In this document: positions 19,092 to 29,521 of the stretch, in pieces
Position numbering within the stretch: position 1 is the first letter of the stretch
Layout: each line of letters starts with the position of its first letter
DNA from: Longimicrobiales bacterium
Lineage (GTDB): Bacteria > Gemmatimonadota > Gemmatimonadetes > Longimicrobiales > Gaopeijiaceae
Reading direction: 5' to 3'
DNA length: 64,000 bases
Assembly: GCA_965226375.1 (NCBI GenBank)
Contig: CBDDCX010000005.1
Span: 96,001 to 160,000 of the forward strand
Made by a program: the position numbers and the translations under genes
The notes under the pieces: model-generated
Database searches by the model: none
Told to the model about the DNA's origin: nothing
Seen by the model: the letters and a program-made list of their open reading frames with translations, nothing else

Positions 19092-20486
19092 GGTCAAGTC
19101 CCGAGTTGTGTGTAAAAGTGAGAGGAAGCTCCTCGATGCTTCTGTTAGGCTGCCTTGGCGACCTCCTTCGGTTCGAGAAGCGTGAGATCCAGGTAGCGAC
19201 GTTCGCTCCAGGCCGCAGTAGTCCTTAGAGCAACCGCAGTGATGAGGCGGAGCGCGCTGGCTCGGTCGGGGAAGGCGCCGGCGCTCCGGATCCGACGCTT
19301 GATCTCGGTGTGCAGGCGCTCGAGGCTGTTCGTGGTGCGCAGTCGGGCCCAGTGGGGCTCGGGGAACGCGTAGAACTGGGTGGCGGCCGTGAAGCCCCGC
19401 TCAAGCACGTTGACTGCCTCGGGGAGCTCCTTGTGCCAGCGCGCCGTGATCTCGGCCAGGCGCTTCTTCGACTCAGCGAGCCCGGGGGCCCGGAAGACGG
19501 CGGCAACCTCGCGCGCCACACGCTTGCGCAGGCGATGCGGGACCTTGGCCAGCACGTTGCGTTGCAGGTGGACAGTACAGCGCTGGCAGCGCACCTCGGG
19601 CAGGAAGCGGCGCACCGCGGCTGCCAGGCCCGCGTGCTCATCCGCGATCACGAGCTGGACGCCGCTGAGACCACGCTCCAGGAGTTGCTCGAGGAGCTCC
19701 GACCAGCTGTTCTCCGATTCCTCAGGGCCCAGCGTGATGCCCAGGAGCCGGCGGTGGCCGTCCGGGCCCACGGCGTAGGCCACGAGCGCGCTCACGTTCT
19801 CGACCTTTCGGGCCCAGCGGGCATCGAGGAACGTCGCGTCCAGGTACAGGTAGGGGTGGGCCCCCTCGATGGGTGCACTCCGCAGCGTTTGCACGCCCTC
19901 GTCGAGCCGCTTCGCGACCCGGCTCACCGTCGAGCGTCCCACGCGCTCACCCATGAGTGCCTCGGTCACGTCGCCCATCTTGCGCTGCGACACGCCGCTC
20001 ACGTAGGCCTCCACCATCATCGCATCGACTTCTTCACTCCTGCGCTGGTAGCGACCCATCACGTCGGCGGGCGAGCCGCCTTCCCGGCTGCGCGGGACCG
20101 TCACGTCGATCTGACCCAGGCTCGTAAGCAGGCGCCTCAGATACGTCCCGTTCCTGTGGCCCTTCCGGCTGCCGACCCGCTCGAATCGTCGCGCTCCGAC
20201 CATCGCCTTCAACTCCTCCTCCAACACCATCTCGAGCGTTAGCCGGATCGCGCCCTGAAACAGCGACTTCAAATCCTGACGCAGCTCGTCTTGCGTGGCC
20301 CGCTCAACTTCGACCATCTTTTCCATGAGGAAGCTCCTTGTTCCGGTTCCGACCTGCTCACGCAGGCCGGACTCCCGGGTTCATGTGATGATGAACAATT
20401 CACAAGGAGCTTCCTCTTTCTTTTCCGGGCTGTCCACCCTCCTCGGACGCCCTCACCCCCTTTTACACAATCTTAGTGACACTACC
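19092..20486 (-). mobile_element. Complete IS256-family insertion sequence (1395 bp)
   Basis: Imperfect 27-bp terminal IRs (GGTCAAGTC...TGTGTAAAAG / GGTAGTGTC...TGTGTAAAAG, 18/27). 8-bp target duplication CGGGAGGA at 19084-19091 and 20487-20494. Confidence 0.95.
19145..20326 (-). CDS. IS256-family (mutator-type DDE) transposase
   Basis: RNGTY.R.L.T.LG, YLYLDAT, VIADEHAGL, QRCTVH and RTTNSLER; 393 aa, intact. Confidence 0.96.
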   Translation of the reverse strand: MEKMVEVERATQDELRQDLKSLFQGAIRLTLEMVLEEELKAMVGARRFERVGSRKGHRNGTYLRRLLTSLGQIDVTVPRSREGGSPADVMGRYQRRSEEVDAMMVEAYVSGVSQRKMGDVTEALMGERVGRSTVSRVAKRLDEGVQTLRSAPIEGAHPYLYLDATFLDARWARKVENVSALVAYAVGPDGHRRLLGITLGPEESENSWSELLEQLLERGLSGVQLVIADEHAGLAAAVRRFLPEVRCQRCTVHLQRNVLAKVPHRLRKRVAREVAAVFRAPGLAESKKRLAEITARWHKELPEAVNVLERGFTAATQFYAFPEPHWARLRTTNSLERLHTEIKRRIRSAGAFPDRASALRLITAVALRTTAAWSERRYLDLTLLEPKEVAKAA

Positions 20487-20528
20487 CGGGAGGATGCGGG
20501 GTGGGGTGTTTCGGGGCGGTTCTGACTC

Positions 20529-20568
20529 AGGTCCGGTTGGCTCGTTTGAGCTGGCCGGGCCTTTTTCT
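20529..20568 (+). terminator. Rho-independent terminator (plus strand)
   Basis: AGGTCCGGTTGGCTC-GTTT-GAGCTGGCCGGGCCT then TTTTCT. Its four G.U pairs form only in the plus-strand RNA. Confidence 0.8.
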
Positions 20569-20571
20569 TGC

Positions 20572-21501
20572 TCAGTCCGTCTTCGGCTCGCAGACCCGGT
20601 TCCGCCCTACGGCCTTTGCCCGGAACAGGGCCTTGTCCGCCATCGTGAACAGCGCCTCCGGAGAGGCCGTGTCGTCGGGACAGCACGCGTAACCACCCGA
20701 CATCGTGACCCTCAACTCGAAGTCCACCGGTGGCCGAGCTTCGGCCACCACGTCCACCAGGCGCTGGGTGACCATGTGGGCCACTTTGCCCTCGGTGCTC
20801 GGCGCCAGAATGGCGAACTCCTCGCCGCCGATTCTGAAGGGTGTGTCGGCCGAGCGTGTGTGCTCGGTCAGGAGCCGACCGATCCAACCCAGGACCACAT
20901 CTCCCACGTCGTGACCGAAGGTATCGTTGATCGACTTGAACTGGTCCAGATCGAGTAGGATCAGGGAGAAGCGCTCTTCGTAACGCAGGGCCCGATCCAC
21001 TTCCTCCTTGCTGCGCTCCCGATAGGCCCGGCGGTTCAGCAGCCCGGTGAGTGGGTCGCGCATGGCCTTGTCACTGAGTGAGCTGATGTGCTCGTCCGCG
21101 CTGCGGATACGAATCGAGAGGCTTTCGATGAGTTGGATGGCCACGGGTGGCGCCTCGAGTATCACGTTGCGGAAGTCGTCCTGCTCGAGGACCAGAAGTT
21201 CGACGTCCTCCATGGCCTCGACCGTCGCGCTCCGAGGCTTGTCGTTCAGAAGGGCCATCTCACCGAAGAAGTCCCCTGGACCCAACCGGGCCAGCTCGAA
21301 GTTGGAGCTGCGCGCGGGGTAAAGCACCCGCACCTGTCCTTCGAGAATGACGAAGAGCGAGATCCCCGAGTCACCCATCTCCACGATCTTGGCGCCCGTC
21401 GGGAACGAGGCGATCCGTGTAAGGCTCCCCAGCTTCTTGACGGCCTCTGGATCGAGCCCTTCGAAGAGCGGTACGCGGAGAAGGTGTTCGGTTGCGTCCA
21501 T
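20572..21501 (-). CDS. cNMP-binding domain diguanylate cyclase
   Basis: GDFFGEMALL...PRSATV cNMP pocket; DPLTGLLNRR, DLDQFKSIND.FGH, RSAD I-site and GGEEF. Confidence 0.93.
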   Translation of the reverse strand: MDATEHLLRVPLFEGLDPEAVKKLGSLTRIASFPTGAKIVEMGDSGISLFVILEGQVRVLYPARSSNFELARLGPGDFFGEMALLNDKPRSATVEAMEDVELLVLEQDDFRNVILEAPPVAIQLIESLSIRIRSADEHISSLSDKAMRDPLTGLLNRRAYRERSKEEVDRALRYEERFSLILLDLDQFKSINDTFGHDVGDVVLGWIGRLLTEHTRSADTPFRIGGEEFAILAPSTEGKVAHMVTQRLVDVVAEARPPVDFELRVTMSGGYACCPDDTASPEALFTMADKALFRAKAVGRNRVCEPKTD

Positions 21502-21609
21502 ATGGAAAAACGGTGGTAGGAGACAGACGTTTCGAAGGACGTTCGAAGATAAGGAGCGGTCCGAGGGGGCGCCACGAGCCCTCGATCCGGTCGGGCACGC
21601 GCATCGCGA

Positions 21610-22599
21610 TCAAACGAAGGCTGTCGGATAGCCCCCGGTGTGCCAAAAAATCAGGCGATCGCCCGAGGGCACTCTATCCATTCGAGCCCAGTCAAGCAGG
21701 GCTGCGGCTGTCTTGGCCGTGTAGACGGGATCCAACAGCACTCCCTCGGTGCGTGCCAGCAGCGACGTGGCTTCGTCCGAGTGTTCAGTCGGAATCCCGT
21801 ACCCGTCTCCGATGTACTGTCCGGTGGGCATGAGGAGATTCGGTGGTAACGAAACGGAAGTGTTCAACAGCTCGGCAGTGCCTTGGCACAGATTCTCCGT
21901 AAGAGCTTGGATCTCCTCGACATCGACGTCCGGGCTCACGCCGACCAACCGCACGTCGGTCCGCTCCAACAGGGCGAAGCCGACAGCCAGCCCTGCATAG
22001 GTGCCACAAGAGGAGGCGGAGACGAAGATCCACGTGGTCCCCGTCGCGGGAAGCGTCTGCAGTTGGTCCGCGATCTCTACCGCGGCCCGCACGTAGCCCA
22101 GGCATCCAAGAGGTGTCGAAGCACCGAGGGGGATGACGACCGCTTTGCCTCCGCCGGCCTCGACCTGGGCGGCCACCTCTGCCATGGCCGGGTCGCGGTC
22201 CTCTCGTGTGTCGACCGGGTGGATTTCGGCTCCGAGAAGCTTGTGTAGGTATGCGTTGCCGGTCGGAGGGTGAGGAATGTCACCGTTCACGATCAGAATG
22301 CACCGAAGGCCCAGCCGGGCTGCTGCCGCCGCGGTCAGGCGGGCGTGATTGGATTGCGGACCGCCGCACGTGATGACGCAGGTCACCCCCTCCAGACGTG
22401 CCGGGGCCAGCTCGAACTCCAGCTTTCTGGCCTTGTTGCCTCCCAGCCCGAAGGATGTCTCGGCGTCCATCTTCAGGAGCACATCGGACGGTTCTCGTCC
22501 CAGGATCCGCGCCAGGTTGGGTGCTTGGAGCAGGGGTGTAGGCTCCCTGACGAATGAGCTCCGGGGCCACGCCTGGAGCCGTGCGAAGACGTCGTTCAA
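21610..22599 (-). CDS. D-cysteine desulfhydrase / ACC deaminase family PLP enzyme
   Basis: GGNKARKLE, GGPQSNHAR, EGVLLDPVYTAK and FWHTGG. Confidence 0.9.
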   Translation of the reverse strand: MNDVFARLQAWPRSSFVREPTPLLQAPNLARILGREPSDVLLKMDAETSFGLGGNKARKLEFELAPARLEGVTCVITCGGPQSNHARLTAAAAARLGLRCILIVNGDIPHPPTGNAYLHKLLGAEIHPVDTREDRDPAMAEVAAQVEAGGGKAVVIPLGASTPLGCLGYVRAAVEIADQLQTLPATGTTWIFVSASSCGTYAGLAVGFALLERTDVRLVGVSPDVDVEEIQALTENLCQGTAELLNTSVSLPPNLLMPTGQYIGDGYGIPTEHSDEATSLLARTEGVLLDPVYTAKTAAALLDWARMDRVPSGDRLIFWHTGGYPTAFV

Positions 22600-22728
22600 A
22601 TTTGGCTGGTGTTTAGATGTATGTTAGCTGCCGGGCCAACGCCCGAGACCGGGGACACTAACGAGCACGCGGTCGGTCCGCGAGGGAGGATGACGCTTTC
22701 TCGGGATCCCGCTCAACTCTGAGCAGAC

Positions 22729-23823
22729 ATGCCGATACGAGCCGCTGTCATGACAGCGCCTGAAGCGCCCATGGAGATATGGGACCTTCCCGATCCGGAG
22801 GTCCAGGAGGGTGGCGTTCTTCTGGAGACGATCGCCAGCGAGGTGTGCGGAACGGATGTCCACCTACACCGTGGGCGCCTGGCCGGTGTGCCCTATCCTA
22901 TCGTTCCCGGCCACGTGAGTGTGGGGCGGGTGCTCGAGGCCCCCGGGGTGGAGCGAGATGCGCTTGATGAGCCACTGTCGAAGGGTGACGTGGTCACCTT
23001 TCTGGACGTGCACGAGGTCTGTGGATCGTGTTACCACTGCCTCGTGGTGCGTCAGCCCAACCGCTGTCCAAGTCGCAAGGTCTACGGGATCACTTACAGC
23101 GCCGAGGACGGGCCCTTCGGTGGCTGGGCGGAGCGCATCTACCTCCAGCCGGGCGTCCGTGTCCTCAAGCTGCCCGACGGGCTCGGTGCGGACGACGTCA
23201 TCGGCGGGGGGTGTGGTCTCTTCACGGGTTTTGCCGCCGTCGACCGCAGCGACCTCGCCATGGGCGACGTGGTGGTCGTGCAAGGCTGTGGTCCCGTGGG
23301 GTTGTCGGCGGCGGCCTTCGCCAACCTGCGGGGCGCGGGCCAAGTGATTCTCATCGGGGCCCCTGAGGCGCGTCTCGGGTTGGGAGCGACGTTAGGAGCC
23401 GACGTGGGCTTGGATCTTGCCGCCACCAGCGCCGCTGAGCGTGTGGCCGCCGTCAGAGATGCGACGGGGGGACGCGGTGCTGACGTGGTGATCGAGGCAT
23501 CGGGGAACCCGCAGGCAGTGCGGGAGGGCTTCGACGTGCTGCGCGACGGGGGGACGTACGTAGTGGCCGGACACTACACCGATGCGGGGGAGGTTCCCCT
23601 CAACCCCCACATCGATATCAATCGCAAGCACGCCATCATCAAGGGACAGTGGGGTACCGACTTTCATCATCTGGTGGGTGCCCTTCGTCTGCTTGGCCGG
23701 CACAGGGACCGGCTTCCGTTCGCTTCTGTGATCGGGGGACGCTACACCCTCGAGGAGGCTGGGCAAGCACTCGAGGATGTGGCGGAGTTGAAGGTGACGA
23801 AGGCCATTATCGCTCCGGCGTAA
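22729..23823 (+). CDS. Zinc-dependent alcohol dehydrogenase (MDR family)
   Basis: VCGTDVH, GH, structural zinc CGSCYHC...C and GCGPVG Rossmann motif. Confidence 0.9.
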   Translation: MPIRAAVMTAPEAPMEIWDLPDPEVQEGGVLLETIASEVCGTDVHLHRGRLAGVPYPIVPGHVSVGRVLEAPGVERDALDEPLSKGDVVTFLDVHEVCGSCYHCLVVRQPNRCPSRKVYGITYSAEDGPFGGWAERIYLQPGVRVLKLPDGLGADDVIGGGCGLFTGFAAVDRSDLAMGDVVVVQGCGPVGLSAAAFANLRGAGQVILIGAPEARLGLGATLGADVGLDLAATSAAERVAAVRDATGGRGADVVIEASGNPQAVREGFDVLRDGGTYVVAGHYTDAGEVPLNPHIDINRKHAIIKGQWGTDFHHLVGALRLLGRHRDRLPFASVIGGRYTLEEAGQALEDVAELKVTKAIIAPA

Positions 23824-24499
23824 TCGGAGTGACGAAGATCTTGCCTGCCAGGTCGGACCCGATGACTTCGGTGCCCTTGGCGTCGGCCACGGCCACGGTG
23901 AGGGGACCGTCGGAATCGCCCTGGTCCACCACCGTAAGACGCGTTCCCGGAATCAAACCCAAAGCCTGCATATACCGCAGGCGCTCCGGATCTTCGTCTT
24001 GCACCGCTTTTATCTGGACCGTGGCTCCGGGACCCACCTGGTCGAGGGTGGCAAAGTCGGAGGGCTCGATCTCACCGGTCCGTGTGGGGATGGGAGCCCC
24101 GTGTGGATCGTGGCTGGGATATTCCAACGCGGCTGCCATACGGTCGATCAGTTCCTCGGACGCAGCGTGCTCCAGACGCTCGGCCTCGGCGTGGACGTCA
24201 TCCCAGGAGTAGCCCAGCTGAACGTTGAGATAGGTCTCTAGAATACGGTGCCGCCGGATGATCCTCAGCGCCTCGCGAGTACCCATTTGGGTTAGTCGCA
24301 CCCCGCGATAGCGGGCGTGTTCGACGTACCCGCTCTCGGCCAGGCGCTTCACCATCCCGGTTACGGACGCGGGCTGGACATCGAGAGCCGCAGCGAGGGA
24401 ATTCGTGGAGGCGGCCTCGCCACGCTCGGTGAGGGAGTAGACCGCCTTGAGGTAGTCCTCTACCGATCGAGTGAGGAGCGTACGAACTGGGTCTTCCAT
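23807..24499 (-). CDS. DtxR/MntR-family metal-dependent regulator with FeoA domain
   Basis: EDYLKAVY, SVTGMVKRL, RRHRILETYL, VHAEAERLEH and DPHGAPIP. Confidence 0.93.
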   Translation of the reverse strand: MEDPVRTLLTRSVEDYLKAVYSLTERGEAASTNSLAAALDVQPASVTGMVKRLAESGYVEHARYRGVRLTQMGTREALRIIRRHRILETYLNVQLGYSWDDVHAEAERLEHAASEELIDRMAAALEYPSHDPHGAPIPTRTGEIEPSDFATLDQVGPGATVQIKAVQDEDPERLRYMQALGLIPGTRLTVVDQGDSDGPLTVAVADAKGTEVIGSDLAGKIFVTPITPER

Positions 24500-24631
24500 A
24501 CGTAAACATGTGCGAAGCCCAGACGCGTGGAAACCCCGGGGACCGCCTCCGGATCGGGGCTCTCCCGTCTCTTGGGCCCGCTTTTGTCCCTTGTGTTGGC
24601 GTCACCAATGAGAACCGCCTATGATGCCCTC

Positions 24632-25045
24632 ATGAGCTATGAGACCACCACAAAGGGCATTCGGGTGTCCGTGAGACCGAGCTTCTCCTTGTCGCACTCC
24701 GAGCCGGCTGAGGGCAGGTTCGTTTTCACCTATCTCGTCGAGCTGGAGAACCAGGGCGATGAGCCGGCGACGTTACTGTTTCGTCACTGGCATATCCATG
24801 ACGCCCAGGGCGAGGACTCGGAAGTGGACGGTGAAGGAGTCGTCGGTGAGCAGCCCACGCTGAAACCCGGCAACTCCCACGCATACGAGAGTTTCTGCGT
24901 TCTGCACTCCCCGGCGGGCTTCATGGAGGGGTACTACACCTTCGTGGGTCCGGACGGCCAGGAGTTCGAGGTCACCATTCCGCGCTTCGATCTCGAGGCG
25001 CCTCTCACCGCAAGTGCGCCTGACGACCCCGACTTGATGAACTGA
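24632..25045 (+). CDS. apaG: ApaG domain protein
   Basis: RHWHIHD, VDGEGVVGEQP, YESFC and G.MEG.Y. Confidence 0.93.
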   Translation: MSYETTTKGIRVSVRPSFSLSHSEPAEGRFVFTYLVELENQGDEPATLLFRHWHIHDAQGEDSEVDGEGVVGEQPTLKPGNSHAYESFCVLHSPAGFMEGYYTFVGPDGQEFEVTIPRFDLEAPLTASAPDDPDLMN

Positions 25046-25070
25046 CGGCCTGCTGCAGAGCGTCCCGCGG

Positions 25071-26353
25071 CTACGTCGCTGGGGATGCCTCCGAGATCGT
25101 TTCTGATCCAGGCGGCTCCGACCGCCAAAGGAATAGCAGCGGGGGCAGAAGGATCAAGAGGCCTGCCAGGCCGAGATTTCGGCGAAGTTCCCTGACCTCC
25201 GGGCCATGATGGGCCCGATGAGGACCAGAGTGGCTCCGTCGGGAGTGCGCGCCGCCGAGTAGAATCGGGTTTCGGTTTCGAGTGCCAAGACGCCGGATGA
25301 CGTGAAGTTCGGGGGCGGAGGGCGCAATTCAGCGAGTGCGTCGATCAGATCGGCTTCGTCTCGCGTCGTCGCCTCGACGCTACCCGCCCGGAGCCGGGCC
25401 GCATCGAATCCGGTGATGGCGCCCGCGGCGGATGCCGAGCCTATCTGATCGACCTGTTTAACCAGGATGATCGCCCGATTGAGCTGGTCCCGCATACTCA
25501 CGGTGGCACTCTGCCGGTAGTCTCGATCGAGAGATAGAACGATGGCTACACCGGCCATTACCGGTACCAGCACGACCAGGGACCACTGCAGGGTCGAATG
25601 CTCCAGTTGCGCGGTGCCGGGAACCACGGGATCGCGAGGGTGGAGGGTGGTCCAGGCCGCGAACCCCGACAACAGCAAGACCACGAACAAGACTGTGACG
25701 GGGGCGCTCACGTCACCGGCCACGACGTCCGTGTTCTCCTCCTCCGCGGCCAGCACGGCAACGTCCGACGGGCGGCCGGGGATCGCCTGAAAGGCACGTA
25801 GGGTACCCGTCACTCCGTCCGACTCCAGTACCATCCCGTCGGTTTGGCGGGCCAGAGCGAGCAGCACGTCCGGATGTAGCGCTTCGGGGCTGAACGGAGG
25901 CTCTGTGGTCACCGTACGGGTTCCCCGCAGGTAGAGGGCCAACCGGTACCCCGTGATACTCGTAAGCTCTTCGAGCACCGTAGGCCGGAAGGGTCCGGTA
26001 GCGATCCTCACCAGAGGCCCCTCTCCGTACAGCACCGTGAGCTCGAGGCTCTCTTCGGAGCTGCCGAGCGCCAGCACGGTGTCGCCACGTAACGCCGCTT
26101 CGACCCCGGGTGGGTAGGGAAGGGACGGCTCGACGGCCTCCGCCTCATTCAGCAGAGCGTCGCGTGCGGCGCCCATCTCTTGCAGAATCACATCCGTGGC
26201 CGAGGCCGCGATGCGGAGATCGGCGTCTCTTTGCAGCCGTTCGAATGCCGACGCCGTAACCCAGAGACCCACTAGGACACCAATAGCGACCGGAAGCAAG
26301 ACGGCGCTAGCGTAGCGGACCAGCGGTGTCACGCGCAGGTTCTCCGTTGGCAT
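25071..26353 (-). CDS. Hypothetical membrane protein with two extracytoplasmic domains (frameshift near 25200)
   Basis: Three TM helices in the called ORF. One extra C restores a fourth (LGLAGLLILLPPLLFLW) and a stop at 25071. Confidence 0.6.
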
Positions 26354-26421
26354 AAGTAACGGATGCAGCTAGTTTTAGCCGATTTCACGTTGATGGTCCA
26401 AGGCTGGTCTTGAGAGGTCAA

Positions 26422-26622
26422 GTGTCCGATTCAGTAGTCGTTGATGCCAAGCGCATCCTCCTGCGCTACGGCGCCCCGATCAACATCTTGGACAACGTCT
26501 CGGATGAAGACCGCATCGTCCTGGCAAGAGCCATTGCGAAGACGAACTTGCCTGAGCGTGAGGTTCGTCTGAAAGAGCTCCTCGCGGAGGGTGGATACTC
26601 TGGGGACGCAGATTCCGACTGA
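26422..26622 (+). CDS. Small hypothetical protein (66 aa)
   Basis: GAGAGG RBS, GTG start, helical composition (DAKRILLRYGAPI). Confidence 0.7.
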   Translation: MSDSVVVDAKRILLRYGAPINILDNVSDEDRIVLARAIAKTNLPEREVRLKELLAEGGYSGDADSD

Positions 26623-26674
26623 GTCCTGACATTCAGGTCCATCGGCCTTTCTTGGGGTCCGGCCGTAAGGCGCA

Positions 26675-29440
26675 CTAGGGGATCACCTTCGTCGCGGCGC
26701 CCTCGAAATCGCCTGCCTTCACGATCGTCATCTTACTCAAGTCGAGGTATCGACGCACCGCGGCGTTGACTTCCGCCACGGTGACGGCCTGAATCTGCTC
26801 CTCCAACTCGGCGTCCCATGTGAGGTCGCGGTCGAAGTAAAGCCCCTGTGTAAGAACGCTCGCCAGCGAAGGATCCTGAGCTCGGTTGAGCTGACGTGAC
26901 TGTAGGTATCCTTGCTTCGCGATTGCGAGATCCTCCTCAGCGAATCCGCCGTCGAGCACCTTCTGCATCTCCTCTCGGAACGCTGCTTCCAGCGGCTCGG
27001 CGTTCTCCGGGGCGTGGATGGCGAACGCCAGGAAGGAGCCCGACTCGTCGATGGGATGACCATTAATGCCGCCGCCCACGCCATAACTGAGCCCGTCTTG
27101 TTGGCGAATACGCTTTGCCAGCCGCGAGTTCATGACCCCACCCCCGATCATGTAGCCTCCAAGGATCAGGGCCGGGTAGTCGGGGTTGTCGTCCCGCAGG
27201 GAGAGGTTCTGTTGAGCGACGAAGATGGCGTTCGCCTTGTCTGGAGTCTCGATCTGCAGATGGACGGCTGGGGGGTCGAGGAATCTCGTAGCGATCCGGG
27301 TGGCCGCATAAGGGCTTTCCCAGTCACCGAAAGCCTCTTCGATGGCCGTTCGCATCTCGGCCTCGTCAAAATCGCCGACCAGAGCCAGCGTTCCTAGCTG
27401 CGGACCGTAGAAGTCGTCGTAGAACGCCTGGGCATCGGCCAAGGTGACGGCCTCCATGGCGGCGACGGCCTCTTCCACCGTCGGTGTGTAGCTCGGGTGT
27501 CCCGGAGGCACCGGGTTCATGTGCCTCCCCATGGCGATCTGCGCCAGGGAGTTGGGATCGGACCTCTGTTGTTCCAGCCCGGAAAGGCGCTGCTCCTTCA
27601 GGGTCTCGAACTCGCTGGCGGGAAAGGTGGGTGTCCGGATGATCTCCGCCAAGAGCCGCATGACTTCGGCCAGGTTCTCGCGTGTGGTCTGGACCTGACC
27701 CGATGCCTGAGTCACGCTTCCCACCACGGAGCCCGACGCCTGCAGGCGATCGAGTTCGTCTTGTATCTGTTGGCGCGTGTGCCCGCTGGATCCCCGCATG
27801 AGCATGGCGCCCGCCATGCTCCCGGCGGTCGCGCGTCCGGTGAGAGCCTCTTCATCGCCCAGAATCACGCGGAATCGGGCTACTACGGTCTCTCCTCGAG
27901 TCGACTTGGGGAGCAGCGCGATCTTCATACCGTTGGACAGCGTGTACCGGGTAGTGCGGCTCTCGATGTTGTCCGGCGCCGGATCGAACTCCTCGCCCGC
28001 CGCCACGGCCTCTCGGCCGGTATACCCCTCCAGGTCAGCAGCGATGTCCGGTAGATCGGGGACTTCGGCCCGGTCCGGTTCGTCCGTCGGATAGAAGAGG
28101 CCGACCGTGCGGTTATCCGGCTTGAGGTACTCGGCGGCTACTCTCTGGACGTCGGCGGCCTCCACCGATTCGATCCGGTCCCGGTGCAGGAAAAAGAGTC
28201 GCCAATCACCCATGGAGGCCCACTCACTGAGCTGTATGGCGATTCTCTCCGGATCGTTGAAGACCTGTTCGACGCTCTTGAGAAGTGCGGTCCTCGCTCG
28301 CTCGACCTCTTGGCCAGTGATCGGATTGCGAAGAACGTCCTCGAGGGATTCACTCATCGTTGTCCAGGCGCTCTGGAGGTCGTCCTCGGGGCGGACCTGT
28401 GCAAAGGCGAGCAGGGGCCCGGCCTCACGGAGCTGGTAGGCGAAGGCCCCCGTGGACGCGGCAAGCCCAGGCTCCACGAGTGCCTTGTACAGCCGGCCCG
28501 ACGGCTGGTCTCCCAACGCCTGCGCCAAGATGTCCACCGCCGCGTAGTCCGGGTGGGAGCCCGGAGGGACATGGTACGACATCATCACCACCTGGATGTC
28601 TCCAACGCGCCGGAGCGTGACCATACGCTCGCCGTCTTGCACGGGCTCCCGGGTGTAGGTCTCCCAAAGTGTGTTGGCTCCGGATCGATCCGGCCTGGGG
28701 ATCTGTCCGAAGGTTTCCACGATGAACTCGATGGCCCGGTCCTCTTCGAACTTGCCGGCCACGATCAACAGCGCGTTGTCCGGTTGGTAGTACTTCCGGT
28801 AGAACGCTTGGAGCCGATCGATCGGCACACTTTCCACGTCGGAGCGGGCCCCGATGATCGACTTTCCGTAGTTGTGCCAGAGATAGGCTGTGGAAAGGGT
28901 GCGCTGCATGAGAATACGGAAGGGGCTGTTCTCCCCTGACTCCATCTCGTTCCGGACGACCGTCATTTCCGATTCGAGGTCATCCGCGCTGATGAAGGAG
29001 TTGACCATCCGATCGGATTCGAGGTCGAGCGCCCACTCGAGGTTGTCTTCGGTGGCGGGAAAGGTCTCGTAGTAGTTGGTCCGGTCGAAGGAGGTGGTGC
29101 CGTTGGGGCGGGCGCCGCGTTCCGTGAGCTCCTCCGTAATCTCAGGATGGTCGGGGGTCCCTTGAAAGACGAGGTGCTCGAGAAGGTGTGCCATCCCAGT
29201 CTCGCCGTATGCCTCGTGCCGCGATCCTACGTTGTAAGTGATGTTGACGGTGGCGCTGGGCTTGCTGGCGTCCGGAAAGAGAAGGAAACGAAGCCCGTTG
29301 TCGAGGCGGTACTCGACGATTCCTTCCACCTCGCCGACGCGCGTGACCTCTTGACCCCATAAGGAGCCACTCATCATCAGGGCTAGGAGCGCGAATCCGG
29401 CGAGGGACCTCGGGATGGAGTAACGGGTTGGCGAAGACAT
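26675..29440 (-). CDS. M16 family zinc protease (PqqL-like), exported
   Basis: Signal peptide, GMAHLLEHLVF inverzincin motif, NGTTSFDRTNY and IRQQDGLSYG. Confidence 0.93.
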   Translation of the reverse strand: MSSPTRYSIPRSLAGFALLALMMSGSLWGQEVTRVGEVEGIVEYRLDNGLRFLLFPDASKPSATVNITYNVGSRHEAYGETGMAHLLEHLVFQGTPDHPEITEELTERGARPNGTTSFDRTNYYETFPATEDNLEWALDLESDRMVNSFISADDLESEMTVVRNEMESGENSPFRILMQRTLSTAYLWHNYGKSIIGARSDVESVPIDRLQAFYRKYYQPDNALLIVAGKFEEDRAIEFIVETFGQIPRPDRSGANTLWETYTREPVQDGERMVTLRRVGDIQVVMMSYHVPPGSHPDYAAVDILAQALGDQPSGRLYKALVEPGLAASTGAFAYQLREAGPLLAFAQVRPEDDLQSAWTTMSESLEDVLRNPITGQEVERARTALLKSVEQVFNDPERIAIQLSEWASMGDWRLFFLHRDRIESVEAADVQRVAAEYLKPDNRTVGLFYPTDEPDRAEVPDLPDIAADLEGYTGREAVAAGEEFDPAPDNIESRTTRYTLSNGMKIALLPKSTRGETVVARFRVILGDEEALTGRATAGSMAGAMLMRGSSGHTRQQIQDELDRLQASGSVVGSVTQASGQVQTTRENLAEVMRLLAEIIRTPTFPASEFETLKEQRLSGLEQQRSDPNSLAQIAMGRHMNPVPPGHPSYTPTVEEAVAAMEAVTLADAQAFYDDFYGPQLGTLALVGDFDEAEMRTAIEEAFGDWESPYAATRIATRFLDPPAVHLQIETPDKANAIFVAQQNLSLRDDNPDYPALILGGYMIGGGVMNSRLAKRIRQQDGLSYGVGGGINGHPIDESGSFLAFAIHAPENAEPLEAAFREEMQKVLDGGFAEEDLAIAKQGYLQSRQLNRAQDPSLASVLTQGLYFDRDLTWDAELEEQIQAVTVAEVNAAVRRYLDLSKMTIVKAGDFEGAATKVIP

Positions 29441-29521
29441 GGCTCTTCCTTCTCGATGAGTGCCCTCCGGGGCACTGGGAGTATCCAGACGACGGGTCCG
29501 ACTGGGGGGAGTTCGGTTCCG

